From Candidatus Poriferisodalis multihospitum (GTDB lineage Bacteria; Actinomycetota; Acidimicrobiia; Acidimicrobiales; Poriferisodalaceae), in contig JAPYOI010000062.1 in assembly GCA_028278755.1 (NCBI GenBank), forward strand, positions 4,044 through 68,043: DNA of 64,000 nt. Direction: 5' to 3'. Shown in pieces: positions 28,065 through 38,816 of this stretch. Each line of letters opens with the position of its first letter. The stretch's first letter is position 1. The notes under the pieces are model-generated. The model searched no databases, was not told the DNA's origin, and saw nothing but the letters and a program-made list of their open reading frames with translations. The position numbers were made by a program, and so were the translations under genes.

Positions 28065-29633
28065 GTGACCGCTACCCTGCGGACCGTGGCCGAGACGTCC
28101 CCATCGCAGCACGACACCGCGCTCAGCGATCCTGGCTTCGCGGATGTCTCCGAGAGCGACTGGGAGGCCGCGGCCGAAGGCGCGCTGCGGGGCGAGCCGC
28201 TGTCGTCGCTCCACTCGACGCTGCTCGACGGCATCGAGACCGCCCCGCTGTACACCGCGCATCGCCACGGCACCGAGGCAGATCCGTCAGGCTTGCCCGG
28301 CAGTGCACCGTTCACCCGAGGCGCCGCCGCCGCAAGCGGCGCACTGGGCTGGGAGGTGCGCCAGATCCACGACGTACGACTCGCGGGCACGCCCGATGCC
28401 GTCGCCGTGGACACGACATCGGGCGTGGATGCCGTTACGGTCGCCCGGGGCTGGGACGCCGACGGTGATGCCGCCGCACTCGCGGCAGGCATCGGCGATG
28501 CGGCCGGCGCCGGCGTGCCGATCCACTTGCAGTCCGGCGCATCGCCCGTACACGCCGCGGCACTGCTGGATGTCTTCGACCGTCACGGTGTGGAGCTCGC
28601 AGGCCTGCGCTCGTGGCTGGGTCTCGACCCGATCGCGGCGGCCGCAAGCGGTTGGCACTGGGCCAATCCGGGTGACTGCGCCACGCTCGACTCCTCCATG
28701 TGCAGCGCAGCACGCAGCGCCGCCGAGATTGCGCAGCGCTCGCCTGGGGCGGTGCCGCTGGAGGCTGACGGATCGGTCTTCACCGATGCCGGCGCGAGCG
28801 ACGCCACCGAGCTGGCTGCGATGCTCGCGACCGGGGTGGCGTGGCTGCGGGCGCTCTGCGACGACGCCGACGGGCCGGGCCTCAACGCGGATGCGGCTGC
28901 CCGTCTGCTGGGCTTCACGCTGTCCGCAGGACCCGACGCTTTCCTGGTCACCGCCAAGTGCCGGGCGCTGCGGATGTGCTGGACCCAGGTGCTGGGCACC
29001 TGCGGGGTCGACGGTGCCAGCGGCGAGGCGCCGCCGATGTGGCTCCACGCCGTCACCGCGACGGCCATGCTGAGCGCTGTTGACCCGTGGGTGAACATGC
29101 TGCGCGCCACCACGGCGACATTCGGCGCTGCGAACGGCGGCGTCGACGCCATCACAGTCCGCCCCTTTGACGCCGTCAGCGCCGGTCAGGCATCGAGCAG
29201 CCTGGGGTGGCGCGTCGCCGCCAACACACAGCTGATCCTTCGCCACGAGAGCCGCATCGGATCGGTCATCGATCCCGCCGGGGGAAGCTGGTACCTCGAA
29301 GACCTCACGCGCAAGCTGGCGCACGCAGCCTGGGACCGCTTCGGGGAGATCGAAGCAGCCGGAGGAATATGCGCTGCGATGGCCAGCGGCGATCTGGAGG
29401 CATCGATCGCCGCCGAACGAGCGCTGCGCGACGAGCAGATCGCCGCGGGCCAGCACGTGCTCGTCGGCGTCACCGACTTCGTGGACTCGCAGGCTGCGCA
29501 GGATTCGGGGGCGAGCGTCTCCGCTGGCGAACCGGCCGGCACGCCTACGGTCGGGCTGGGCGTGCACCGCTGGGCAGCGCCCTATGAGACTGGGACGAAT
29601 GACGAAGCTGTGACGGGAGATGCAGGGTCATGA
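28065..29633 (+). CDS. mutA: methylmalonyl-CoA mutase small (beta) subunit
   Basis: Mutase-like N-terminal barrel without the full catalytic C-terminus. Overlaps the start of the large subunit by 4 nt. Confidence 0.8.
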   Translation: MTATLRTVAETSPSQHDTALSDPGFADVSESDWEAAAEGALRGEPLSSLHSTLLDGIETAPLYTAHRHGTEADPSGLPGSAPFTRGAAAASGALGWEVRQIHDVRLAGTPDAVAVDTTSGVDAVTVARGWDADGDAAALAAGIGDAAGAGVPIHLQSGASPVHAAALLDVFDRHGVELAGLRSWLGLDPIAAAASGWHWANPGDCATLDSSMCSAARSAAEIAQRSPGAVPLEADGSVFTDAGASDATELAAMLATGVAWLRALCDDADGPGLNADAAARLLGFTLSAGPDAFLVTAKCRALRMCWTQVLGTCGVDGASGEAPPMWLHAVTATAMLSAVDPWVNMLRATTATFGAANGGVDAITVRPFDAVSAGQASSSLGWRVAANTQLILRHESRIGSVIDPAGGSWYLEDLTRKLAHAAWDRFGEIEAAGGICAAMASGDLEASIAAERALRDEQIAAGQHVLVGVTDFVDSQAAQDSGASVSAGEPAGTPTVGLGVHRWAAPYETGTNDEAVTGDAGS

Positions 29634-31939
29634 GTGTCATCGGGGACTTCTCGAACATCCAGCTTGATGACACCGGGCCGGCACACGGAGGCCCGAACGG
29701 CGCGAGCGGCCCTGGATCTTCGCCACTGCCTGAAAGGTCGGCAAGAGCAGAGTGGGCGGAGCGATTCGCCTCCGAAACCGGCCGCGCCCCGGCTCCCAGC
29801 ACCACGCCCGAAGGCATCGACATCGCGCCGCTGTACGTCGCAGCGGACGTCGCCGACCTGTACGACGGCGAACCAGGCGCCAGCGGGAACGTCCCCGGAA
29901 GGCGCACATACCTCGACGGCTACCCCGGCTTCGCCCCGTACCTGCGCGGCCCGTACCCGACGATGTACACCAACCAGCCGTGGACGATCCGCCAGTACGC
30001 CGGATTCTCCACCGCCGAAGACTCCAACGCGTTCTACCGGCGCAATCTGGCCGCGGGGCAGCGCGGCCTGTCGGTTGCTTTTGACCTTGCGACCCACCGG
30101 GGCTACGACTCGGACCATCCCAGGGTGAGCTCAGACGTGGGCATGGCAGGTGTGGCTATCGATTCGATCCTGGACATGCGCACGCTGTTCGACGGCATCC
30201 CGCTCGACCGCATGAGCGTGTCGATGACCATGAACGGCGCTGTGCTGCCGGTGCTGGCGCTCTATGTGGTGGCCGCCGAGGAGCAGGGGGTTGCTCCCGC
30301 CCAGCTCACTGGGACCATCCAGAACGACATCCTCAAGGAGTTCATGGTCCGCAACACCTACATCTATCCGCCTCAGCCCTCCATGCGGATCATCAGCGAC
30401 ATCTTCGAGTTCACCTCCGCCGAGATGCCTCGCTACAACTCGATATCCATCTCCGGCTACCACATGCAGGAGGCCGGGGCCACCGCCGACCTCGAGCTGG
30501 GCTACACGCTGGCCGACGGCCTGGAGTACCTGCGCTGCGGCATCGGCGCCGGCATGGGCATCGACGACTTCGCCCCGCGCCTGAGCTTCTTCTGGGGCAT
30601 CGGCATGGACTTCTTCATGGAGGTGGCCAAGCTGCGGGCTGCCCGGCTGCTGTGGGCCAAGCTGGTCGCCGGCTTCGAGCCCCAGAATCCACGGTCGCTG
30701 TCGTTGCGGACCCACTGCCAGACCTCGGGCTGGTCGCTCACTGCCCAGGATCCGTACAACAACGTCGTGCGCACCTGCATCGAGGCCATGGCCGCCGTCG
30801 ACGGCCACACCCAGAGCCTGCACACCAACGCTTTCGATGAGGCGTTGGCGTTGCCGAGCGACTTCAGCGCCCGCATCGCCCGCAACACGCAGCTGTTCCT
30901 GCAGCACGAAGCCGGCGCGACCCGGGTGATTGACCCCTGGGGCGGGAGCTACTACGTGGAGCGGCTCACCGCCGAGCTGGCGCAGCGGGCTGCCGCCCAC
31001 ATCGACGAAATCGAACAGCTCGGCGGCATGGCTCGCGCCATCGAGGCCGGCATCCCCAAGATGCGCATCGAAGAAGCGGCGGCCCGCACCCAGGCTCGCA
31101 TCGAGGCTGGGCAGCGCACGGTTGTCGGGGTCAACCGCTACAGGTCTGAGCTGTCCAATGAAGTCGACATCCTGCGCGTCGACAACGCCGAAGTGCGAAG
31201 CGCCCAGCTTGCAAAGCTGGACCGTCTGCGAGCCGACCGCGACGCCGATGTCGTGCGACGCTCGCTGGACGCGTTGCGCGAGGTAGCCCGCAGCGGCGAG
31301 GGCAACCTGCTGGCCGCATCCGTCGACGCGGCGCGCTGCCATGCCACCGTGGGGGAGATCAGCGCGGCGATGGAGGACGCCTTCGGGCGGCACACTGCCC
31401 AGATACGCACGATCAGCGGCGTGTACGGGAGCGAGATGGCTGGCGACAGTTCGGGCGACGCAAGCGACGGCAGTACCGGTCCGATGGCGGCCGCCGTCGA
31501 TGCCGTACGCAAGCGGGTTGCTGCTTTCGGCGAACAGACCGGGCGGCGGCCGCGCATCCTCATTGCGAAGATGGGCCAGGACGGCCATGACCGGGGCCAG
31601 AAAGTGGTGGCCACCGCCTACGCCGACCTCGGCTTCGACGTCGACATCGGCCCCCTGTTCAGCACACCTGCCGAGACAGCTCGCCAGGCCGTCGAGAACG
31701 ACGTCCACGTCGTCGGCGCCTCATCGCTCGCCGCGGGCCACTTGACGCTGGTGCCGGAGCTGAAAGAAGCGCTTGGCGAACTCGGCCGGCCCGACATCCT
31801 GATCGTCGTCGGCGGCGTCATCCCGACCCAAGACTTCGACGCGCTGCGCACGGCCGGTGCCGCCGCGATCTACCCGCCTGGAACGGTCATCGCCGAAGCC
31901 GCTGCCGAGATGCTCGACCTGCTCGAAGGAGCTGGCTAG
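29630..31939 (+). CDS. mutB: methylmalonyl-CoA mutase large (alpha) subunit, B12-dependent
   Basis: ..[56 protein letters not shown].. and a C-terminal ..GQDGHDRG.. B12-binding DxHxxG motif. Confidence 0.95.
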   Translation: MSVIGDFSNIQLDDTGPAHGGPNGASGPGSSPLPERSARAEWAERFASETGRAPAPSTTPEGIDIAPLYVAADVADLYDGEPGASGNVPGRRTYLDGYPGFAPYLRGPYPTMYTNQPWTIRQYAGFSTAEDSNAFYRRNLAAGQRGLSVAFDLATHRGYDSDHPRVSSDVGMAGVAIDSILDMRTLFDGIPLDRMSVSMTMNGAVLPVLALYVVAAEEQGVAPAQLTGTIQNDILKEFMVRNTYIYPPQPSMRIISDIFEFTSAEMPRYNSISISGYHMQEAGATADLELGYTLADGLEYLRCGIGAGMGIDDFAPRLSFFWGIGMDFFMEVAKLRAARLLWAKLVAGFEPQNPRSLSLRTHCQTSGWSLTAQDPYNNVVRTCIEAMAAVDGHTQSLHTNAFDEALALPSDFSARIARNTQLFLQHEAGATRVIDPWGGSYYVERLTAELAQRAAAHIDEIEQLGGMARAIEAGIPKMRIEEAAARTQARIEAGQRTVVGVNRYRSELSNEVDILRVDNAEVRSAQLAKLDRLRADRDADVVRRSLDALREVARSGEGNLLAASVDAARCHATVGEISAAMEDAFGRHTAQIRTISGVYGSEMAGDSSGDASDGSTGPMAAAVDAVRKRVAAFGEQTGRRPRILIAKMGQDGHDRGQKVVATAYADLGFDVDIGPLFSTPAETARQAVENDVHVVGASSLAAGHLTLVPELKEALGELGRPDILIVVGGVIPTQDFDALRTAGAAAIYPPGTVIAEAAAEMLDLLEGAG

Positions 31940-31960
31940 AGCCCTGCCGCGGCCGCCGGC

Positions 31961-32521
31961 TCAGCGATGGCGACGTCCCACGTTGCGGACCTTCTTCTTG
32001 GCCCGAGCGGCGCGGTACGCCGAGCTGGACGCCGCTCGCATGCCGCGCGGCGCGGCCGCGAGCCGCGCATCGGCTTCTTCCAGGTGGCCGTGGTAGCGGC
32101 GGTGCACCCACAGCTTCTCGTCGCCGACGACGATTTGCCCCCACGCCGAGCCGCGGATGTCGAACGGCGCTGTGCGCTCGATGCGGTCGAGCAGCTCGAC
32201 CGGCTTGGCCGGCCTCAGCGCCCGGGTGCGCATGACCACGATGTCGGCATCGGTCAGTGCGAGCAGGCGGTAACGCGACATGGTCAGCACTGCTGCTGTC
32301 GCGAAGACTGTCGTGGAGATCAGGCTGACCTGCACCCACGGCAGATCCACTGTCAGCACGATGCCGGCCAGCGCCGCCACGCCGATCACCAGCATCGAGA
32401 AAGGGTGCAGCCCGCCCTGCGCCGGCACGAGTGCGTGCAGGTGGTCGCCTTGGTTCAGGTACTGCTCGGCGGGGTGAGAACGGTCCCCCGTGCGCATCCG
32501 CTTCAGCAATCCCACCCGCAC
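31961..32521 (-). CDS. hypothetical membrane protein
   Basis: Two hydrophobic segments (..FSMLVIGVAALAGIVLTV.. and ..LISTTVFATAAVLTM..) followed by a soluble domain. No motif recognised. Confidence 0.5.
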   Translation of the reverse strand: MRVGLLKRMRTGDRSHPAEQYLNQGDHLHALVPAQGGLHPFSMLVIGVAALAGIVLTVDLPWVQVSLISTTVFATAAVLTMSRYRLLALTDADIVVMRTRALRPAKPVELLDRIERTAPFDIRGSAWGQIVVGDEKLWVHRRYHGHLEEADARLAAAPRGMRAASSSAYRAARAKKKVRNVGRRHR

Positions 32522-32586
32522 ATTGTGCCCGAAGTGCCGGTCCGCGCAGGCAGGCCGTCGCCGTGGCTCCCGGTACCTTGCTACCG

Positions 32587-33573
32587 ATGGCTGAAGTCAA
32601 TGTCGCTGAGCTTGCCGCCGGCGTGCGCGCCTGCGACCGCGCCGCCGTCGGCCGGGCCATCACACTCGTCGAGTCCCGGCTGGCAGAAGATGCCGAACCG
32701 GCCCAGGAACTGCTCGCCGAGCTATTGCCGCACACCGGCGGTGCGCACCGAGTGGGCATCACCGGTGTTCCCGGCGTGGGCAAGAGCACGCTCATCGAGA
32801 CGCTCGGCACTGCGCTGACGAGGCAGGGTCACCGGGTGGCCGTGCTGGCCGTCGACCCGACGTCGGCGCTGCACGGCGGCTCCATCTTGGGCGACAAGAC
32901 CCGCATGACATCACTGGCCAATGACCCGGCGGCATTCGTGCGGCCCTCGCCCACAGCCGGCCAGCTCGGCGGGGTCACTCAGGTGACCCGCGAGACCATC
33001 AGTGTGCTCGAGGCGGCAGGCTTCGACGTGGTGTTGGTGGAGACCGTGGGCGTCGGCCAGTCAGAGACGGCCGTGGCCAGCATGGTGGATTTCTTTGTGG
33101 TGCTGATGCTGCCGGGCGCCGGCGACGACCTGCAAGGCATCAAGAAAGGCATCCTGGAGATCGCAGACCTGATCGCGGTCAACAAGGCCGACGGAGACAA
33201 CGTCGAGCGGGCCGCCAACGCGGCACGCGACTACCAGCTGGCGCTGCACATGACCAAGCCGGCATCGCCGACTTGGACTCCCCCGGTGATCACCTGCTCA
33301 GGTCTGACCGCAGACGGCCTCGAGACGCTGTGGGACCACGTGGCCGAGCACCGCCGGCTCATGTCGGCATCGGGCGAGCTGGCAACCCGCCGGGCGGACC
33401 AGCGGGTGCGCTGGATGCGCGCCATGCTGACCGAGCGCATGCGCGCACGGCTGACGACGCGTGCTCAAGACCTGCTGGCCGATCTCGAAGACGAAGTGCG
33501 AGCCGACCGTCTGACGCCGACCGCTGCGGCGGACCAGCTGATGGCAGCCTTCGACGGGTCGGCTGACGCCTAG
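32587..33573 (+). CDS. meaB: methylmalonyl-CoA mutase-associated GTPase (ArgK/MeaB)
   Basis: ..VGITGVPGVGKSTLIETLG (P-loop), ..VETVGVGQSE.., ..NKADG.. Confidence 0.9.
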   Translation: MAEVNVAELAAGVRACDRAAVGRAITLVESRLAEDAEPAQELLAELLPHTGGAHRVGITGVPGVGKSTLIETLGTALTRQGHRVAVLAVDPTSALHGGSILGDKTRMTSLANDPAAFVRPSPTAGQLGGVTQVTRETISVLEAAGFDVVLVETVGVGQSETAVASMVDFFVVLMLPGAGDDLQGIKKGILEIADLIAVNKADGDNVERAANAARDYQLALHMTKPASPTWTPPVITCSGLTADGLETLWDHVAEHRRLMSASGELATRRADQRVRWMRAMLTERMRARLTTRAQDLLADLEDEVRADRLTPTAAADQLMAAFDGSADA

Positions 33574-34667
33574 AAGTCCTCGTCGAAGGCGACCTCGCCT
33601 TCGATGCCGACTTGGTAGGCGGCGACGGTGCGCTCGAAGAAGTTGGTGAGCTCCTGCACGTCCTGCAGTTCCATGAACGAGAAGGGGTTCTTGGAGCCGA
33701 AGTTCTTCGGCAGCCCGAGCTGAGCCAACCGCTGATCGGCCACGAACTCCAAGTAGGACCGGGTGTCGGCGACGGACATGCCCGCCACGCCGCCTGACAG
33801 CACGTCGCGCGCGAACTGCGTCTCGACGTCGACCGCCTCGACGATCATCTCGCGGATCCGATCGGCGAGATCCTGGTCGAACAGGTCGGGCTCCTCTGAG
33901 CGGATCGTCCGCACCACCTCGAACGCGAAGTTCATGTGCGCCGACTCGTCACGGAACACCCAGTTCGTGCCGGCCGCCAGCCCGTTCAGCAATCCCTTCG
34001 ACCGCAGGAAATAGACGTAGGCGAACGCCGCGAAGAAGAACAACCCCTCGATGCACGCCGCGAAGCAGATGAGATTCAGCAGGAACGCCTTGCGGTGCTC
34101 GGCGGTGGAGAGCTGGTCGAGCGACCACACGCTGTCCATCCAGCGGAAACAGAAGTCGGCCTTGGCGGCAATGGAGGGAATGTTCTCGATGGCCGAGAAC
34201 GCCGCCGCTCGCTCGTCGAGATCAGGGATGTAGTGATCCAGCAGCGTCAGGTAGAACTGCACGTGCAGCGCTTCCTCGTACAGCTGCCGGCTCAGGTACA
34301 TGCGAGCTTCGGGGCTGTTGATGTGCTGGTAGAGGTTCAGCACCAAGTTGTTGGCGACGATCGAGTCGCCGGTGGCGAAGAACGCCACGAGCCGGTTGAT
34401 GAGGTGCCGCTCGGCTGGCGCCAGCTTGCGGTTGAGGTCGACGATGTCGTCGGAGAAATCGATCTCCTCGACCGTCCACGTGTTGCGGATGGCGTCGCGG
34501 TACATGTCGAAGAACTGCGGGTACCTCATCGGGCGCAGTGTCAACTCGAAGCCAGGGTCCAGGATGTTGCCGCTGCGGGCAGCGGAACCGGCGCCCGGGC
34601 TGGTCTGCGACTCGCCGTCTGGAAGCGGCTCGGGCACCAATTCGGGCGCTGTCTGCACGAGTGCCAT
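33570..34667 (-). CDS. nrdB: ribonucleotide-diphosphate reductase, beta (R2) subunit, class I
   Basis: ..FFATGDSIVANNL.., ..EEALHVQFY.. (ExxH plus Tyr at H+4), ..FRDESAHMNF.. di-iron ligand pattern. Confidence 0.9.
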   Translation of the reverse strand: MALVQTAPELVPEPLPDGESQTSPGAGSAARSGNILDPGFELTLRPMRYPQFFDMYRDAIRNTWTVEEIDFSDDIVDLNRKLAPAERHLINRLVAFFATGDSIVANNLVLNLYQHINSPEARMYLSRQLYEEALHVQFYLTLLDHYIPDLDERAAAFSAIENIPSIAAKADFCFRWMDSVWSLDQLSTAEHRKAFLLNLICFAACIEGLFFFAAFAYVYFLRSKGLLNGLAAGTNWVFRDESAHMNFAFEVVRTIRSEEPDLFDQDLADRIREMIVEAVDVETQFARDVLSGGVAGMSVADTRSYLEFVADQRLAQLGLPKNFGSKNPFSFMELQDVQELTNFFERTVAAYQVGIEGEVAFDEDF

Positions 34668-34717
34668 GGGGATCCTCTGTCTGTGTCAGGTGGTTCGGCC
34701 GATGAGCTCGCGACGCC

Positions 34718-37192
34718 TCATTCGCAGGCTTCGCAGGTCTCGGGGTTCTCCAGCGAGCACGCCACGGCCTCGGCGGCTGCTGTGTCGGGCATGGTCGAAA
34801 CGGTCGCCTCGGTTGCAGTGCCGCCGTTGGGCCGGCCCGCATTGCGCTGGGCGCCATTGCTGCCCGATGCGCCGTCAGTCGTGGTCTGGTTGATGCGGGT
34901 AGCCGGACGGGAACGCAGGTAGTAGGTGGTCTTCAGGCCTGATTTCCAGGCGTGCATGTACATGGAGGAAAGCTTCCCGATGTTGGGGCTCTCCATGAAC
35001 AGGTTCAGCGATTGGCTCTGGTCGATGAAGGCGCCTCGTGCGGCGGCCATATCGATGAGCGCCCGCTGGGGCAGCTCCCACGCAGTGCGATACACCGAGC
35101 GGAGGTCATCGGGTATCTCGGCGATGGCCTGCACCGAACCCTCGGCCATCTTGATCTTGTTGGCCATGGCCTCGCTCCACAGGCCACGCTGTTGCAGTTC
35201 GCGTACCAGATATCGATTGATCTGCATGAACTCGCCCGACAGCGTTTCTCGCTTGAACAGGTTCGACACCTGCGGCTCGATGCACTCGTAGCAGCCAGCG
35301 ATGGACGCGATGGTGGCAGTGGGCGCAACTGCCACCAGCAGCGAGTTGCGCAACCCGTGCTGGCCGATTCGCTCGCGCAGCTCGGCCCAGCGCTGGGGTT
35401 GGGACGGCTCGATGTCCCAGAGGTCGAACTGCAGCTCTCCCCCAGCGGCTCGCGTCTCGCCGAACGCCCCGTGCGGCCCGTGCTTACGAGCCAGCTCGCA
35501 GCTCGACCAGACCGCCCAGTAGTAGATCTCTTCGGCGATCCGGGCGGCAATCTCGACCGCCTCAGGCGAGTCGAAGGCCAGATTGAGCTGGAAGAACACG
35601 TCCTGCAGGCCCATGACGCCGAGCCCGACCGGACGCCAGCGCTCGTTCGATCGGGCGGCCTCGGGCGTCGGGTAGTAGTTGATGTCGATGACGCGGTCCA
35701 AGTAGGGCACCGCGGTGCGCACGACCTCTCCCAGTGCGTCGTAGTCGACAGTTCTGCCGCCATCTGGGCTCTCCCGCACGAACTTGGCGAGATTGACCGA
35801 GCCGAGGTTGCAGACCGCCGTCTCGGCGTCGCTGGTGACCTCGAGGATTTCCGTGCACAGGTTCGACAGATGGATGACGTTGCCGGGCTCGCCGGTCTGG
35901 TTGGACTTGGCGTTCGAGGCGTCCTTGAATGTCATCCAGCCATTGCCGGTCTGGGCAAGCGTGCGCATCATGCGGCTGTACAGCTCGCGGGCTGATACCT
36001 GCCGCTCGTACGAGCCGGCTGCTTCAGCTTCCCGGTACGCATCGGTGAACTCGTCGCCGTACAGGTCGGTGAGATGCGGTACCTGCTTGGGATCGAACAA
36101 CGACCACTGCCAGTCGTTCTCGACCCGGCGCATGAACTCGTCGGGCACCCAGTTCGCCAAGTTCAGGTTGTGGGTGCGCCGGGCATGGTCGCCGGTGGAG
36201 TCCTTCAGCTCCAGGAACTCCTCGATATCGGCGTGCCACGACTCGAGATACACACATGCAGCGCCCTTGCGCCGGCCGCCCTGGTTCACCGCCGCAACCG
36301 ACGAGTCGAGCGTCTTGAGCCACGGCACGATGCCGTTCGACAGGCCGTTGGTGCCGCTGATCAGCGAGCCGCGCGACCGCACCCGGTGCCAGCCCACCCC
36401 GATGCCGCCAGCGAACTTTGACAGCTTGGCGATGTCGGAATAGCGGTCGTAGATGCCCTCGAGCGAATCGGTGGGGCTGTCGAGCAGATAGCACGACGAC
36501 ATCTGCGGGTGGGCCGTGCCCGAGTTGAACAACGTGGGCGACGACGGCAGGTAGCGCAGGCTGGAGATGAGCTCGTAGAACGCGATGGCCTCTTCGGCTG
36601 TCTGCGACAGACCGCAGGCAACGCGCAGCAGGAAGTACTGCGGGTTCTCGATGACCGTCCGGCGCTGCGGATGCCGCAGCAGGTAACGGTCGTACACGGT
36701 GCGGAGCCCGAAGAACTCGAAGTCGCCGTTGCGCTGCGCTATGACCGCATCGTTGAGCTTGCGGGCGTTTGCAGCGACGAATGCCACCACATCGGGATGG
36801 ATGAGTCCGCACTCGCCGCCTTCGGAGATGGACTGACTGAACGAGTAAATGTTCTGGTTCCGGACTTCCTTGTCGATGTAGGTGGCCAGCAGGCGGGCGG
36901 CCAGCTTCGAGTAGTTCGGTTCCTCAGAGATCAGCGCCGCGGCCGTGCGAATCGACAGTTCGTCGAGCTCGGTGGTGGTGGCGCCGTCATGAAGACCCGA
37001 GATGGTCCGCGTCGCAACCCGCATGGGATCGACACCGGCCAGTTCGGTGGCGCAGCGCTCGACGGCGCGGACGATCTTGTTGACATCGACGGCCTGCATG
37101 GAACCATCGCGCTTCTGCACGCGCATTCCGGGAGTGTCCGCTGCGTCAGCGTGATGCGAGATGTCGACGGCAGATGCATCGGTGACGGTCAT
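34718..37192 (-). CDS. nrdA: ribonucleotide-diphosphate reductase, alpha (R1) subunit, class I
   Basis: ATP-cone-like N-terminus (MRVQKRDGSMQAVDVNKIVRAV), ..SNLCTEI.., ..VAPTATIA.., C-terminal CxxC tail (..PETCEACE). ATG 37192 chosen. Confidence 0.9.
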   Translation of the reverse strand: MTVTDASAVDISHHADAADTPGMRVQKRDGSMQAVDVNKIVRAVERCATELAGVDPMRVATRTISGLHDGATTTELDELSIRTAAALISEEPNYSKLAARLLATYIDKEVRNQNIYSFSQSISEGGECGLIHPDVVAFVAANARKLNDAVIAQRNGDFEFFGLRTVYDRYLLRHPQRRTVIENPQYFLLRVACGLSQTAEEAIAFYELISSLRYLPSSPTLFNSGTAHPQMSSCYLLDSPTDSLEGIYDRYSDIAKLSKFAGGIGVGWHRVRSRGSLISGTNGLSNGIVPWLKTLDSSVAAVNQGGRRKGAACVYLESWHADIEEFLELKDSTGDHARRTHNLNLANWVPDEFMRRVENDWQWSLFDPKQVPHLTDLYGDEFTDAYREAEAAGSYERQVSARELYSRMMRTLAQTGNGWMTFKDASNAKSNQTGEPGNVIHLSNLCTEILEVTSDAETAVCNLGSVNLAKFVRESPDGGRTVDYDALGEVVRTAVPYLDRVIDINYYPTPEAARSNERWRPVGLGVMGLQDVFFQLNLAFDSPEAVEIAARIAEEIYYWAVWSSCELARKHGPHGAFGETRAAGGELQFDLWDIEPSQPQRWAELRERIGQHGLRNSLLVAVAPTATIASIAGCYECIEPQVSNLFKRETLSGEFMQINRYLVRELQQRGLWSEAMANKIKMAEGSVQAIAEIPDDLRSVYRTAWELPQRALIDMAAARGAFIDQSQSLNLFMESPNIGKLSSMYMHAWKSGLKTTYYLRSRPATRINQTTTDGASGSNGAQRNAGRPNGGTATEATVSTMPDTAAAEAVACSLENPETCEACE

Positions 37193-37239
37193 CTGCCGGC
37201 GCCTTGACCTAGACAGGCACCGAGATGCGCTGTGCGACG

Positions 37240-37355
37240 TGTGGTGATCATGCCGGTCTCCGTCCCTCTCATCCCGCCGAATGCAGTGCCGTCCGAGTGC
37301 TTGGGAGCGACGGCGACTGCTCAAATCACACTGTCGTAGTTACACAGGTGTGAGG
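37240..37355 (-). promoter_or_regulatory. candidate cobalamin (B12) riboswitch in the nrdAB leader
   Basis: The minus-strand leader contains ACAGUGUGAUUUGAGCAGUCGCC (37312..37337), GGCACUGCAUUCGGCGGGAUGAG (37268..37290) and GGAGACCGGCA (37251..37261). From memory these resemble the btuB-type core ..CAGUGCGAAUCUGGAGCUGACGC.., ..CACUGCCAUUCGGUGGGAAG.. and the B12 box ..GAAGACCUGCC. The boundaries are approximate. Confidence 0.45.
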
Positions 37356-37513
37356 AACAGTTATAGCGCGCCCGGATAGCTGCTGCGCGCCTTGGCCCGA
37401 TCCCCTGCCAACTGGCGCAGTACGAGGCCGCCGGCGGCGCGCCGCCGCGCGGTCTGTCCGCGTCGGCACTGCCCACCGGTCATCCCTCCCCGCGGAGATG
37501 ACACACTGCTCGC

Positions 37514-38788
37514 GTGTCGAATTCCCCGAAACGCATAGTCATCGTCGGTGCGTCGCTGGCAGGTGCGCGCGCCGCGCACAGCGTGCGCGCCGCGGGTCAT
37601 GACGGGCCGCTGACGCTCATCGGCGCCGAGCCGCATCTCCCCTACGACCGGCCTCCCCTCTCCAAGGAGTTCCTCACCGGCGATCAAGACCCCGGAACGC
37701 TGGCCCTTGACCCGGATGGCGCCTACGACGACCTCGATGTAGAGGTCATGCTGAGCACCCACGCCGTGGGGCTCGACGCCGACGCCCGCGTCGTCATGGT
37801 CGCCCCGGCGGCGGGCGGGAACGCCGAGACAGTGCCGTTCGACGGCCTCGTCATCGCGACGGGCGCAGCGGCTCGACCGCTGCCCGGCGTCGGGAACATG
37901 GCAGGCGTGCACACACTGCGGACCCTCGACGACTCGATGGCCATCCGGGAAGGTCTCATCGCCGGCGCACGGGTCGCCGTGGTGGGCGGCGGCTTCATCG
38001 GTTCGGAGGTCGCCGCTTCTGCGGCGGCTCGCGGCTGCGAAGTGACGGTCATCGAAGCGGCCCCGGCCCCGCTGGTGCGCGGGCTGGGTGCCGAGATGGG
38101 CACACGCGTCGGTGCCCTCCACGGCCACAACGGCGTCGAGCTGCGGCTCGGCGTCGGGGTAGACGGCGTGCTCGGAACCGATCAGGTGGAAGCCGTCGCC
38201 ATGGCGGACGGCAGCCGGATCCCCGCCGACCTGGTGGTCGTGGGCATCGGGGTGGTGCCCAATACGGCGTGGCTGGAGGGCTCGGGCCTGCAGGTCGACA
38301 ACGGCGTGGTCTGCGATGCGACGCTGTGCTGCGGGCCCCCGGGCGTTTACGCCGTCGGCGACGTGGCACGGGCGCCCAACGGGTGGCTCAGCCCGTGGCA
38401 CGGCGACCGGCCGATCCGGGTCGAGCACTGGACCGCAGCGGTGGAGCACGGCATGGCAGTGGGCCGCAACCTGGTGGCCCCCGCAGAGGCGCAGCCCTAC
38501 AACTCTGTGCCATTTGTCTGGTCGGATCAATATGACGCCCGAATCCAGATTGCTGGACATCCCGACGCCGACGACGACGTGGAGGTGCTCGTCGGATTGG
38601 CTGCAGACGACCCCGATACGGGCGGTCCGGATTCAGGCCGCTCCTTCTTGGCCGGTTACCGGCGCAACGGCCGGCTGAGCGGGGTCATGGCGCTCGACGC
38701 GATCAGGCCGTTCGTGCGATTCCGCCGACTCCTGGCAGCTCACCCATCGTGGGACGACGCGCTGGAGCTTGCGGCCACGCTGAACTGA
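37514..38788 (+). CDS. FAD-dependent pyridine nucleotide-disulfide oxidoreductase, ferredoxin reductase type
   Basis: RIVIVGASLAGARAA (FAD), ..YDRPPLSKEFL.., ..VAVVGGGFIGSEVAA (NAD), ..VYAVGDVA.. Confidence 0.8.
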   Translation: MSNSPKRIVIVGASLAGARAAHSVRAAGHDGPLTLIGAEPHLPYDRPPLSKEFLTGDQDPGTLALDPDGAYDDLDVEVMLSTHAVGLDADARVVMVAPAAGGNAETVPFDGLVIATGAAARPLPGVGNMAGVHTLRTLDDSMAIREGLIAGARVAVVGGGFIGSEVAASAAARGCEVTVIEAAPAPLVRGLGAEMGTRVGALHGHNGVELRLGVGVDGVLGTDQVEAVAMADGSRIPADLVVVGIGVVPNTAWLEGSGLQVDNGVVCDATLCCGPPGVYAVGDVARAPNGWLSPWHGDRPIRVEHWTAAVEHGMAVGRNLVAPAEAQPYNSVPFVWSDQYDARIQIAGHPDADDDVEVLVGLAADDPDTGGPDSGRSFLAGYRRNGRLSGVMALDAIRPFVRFRRLLAAHPSWDDALELAATLN

Positions 38789-38816
38789 TGCGTGCGTACC
38801 GCGTCGGCCGCGGACC

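Noticed and set aside
37320-37370. NrdR boxes upstream of nrdA (ACAC...GTGT-like segments in CACACCTGTGTAACTACGACAGTGTG).
   Set aside because: I found only a weak 24-nt imperfect palindrome (7 of 12 positions). There are not two properly spaced 16-bp acaCwAtATaTwGtgt boxes. The segment is better explained as the 5' part of the candidate B12 riboswitch.
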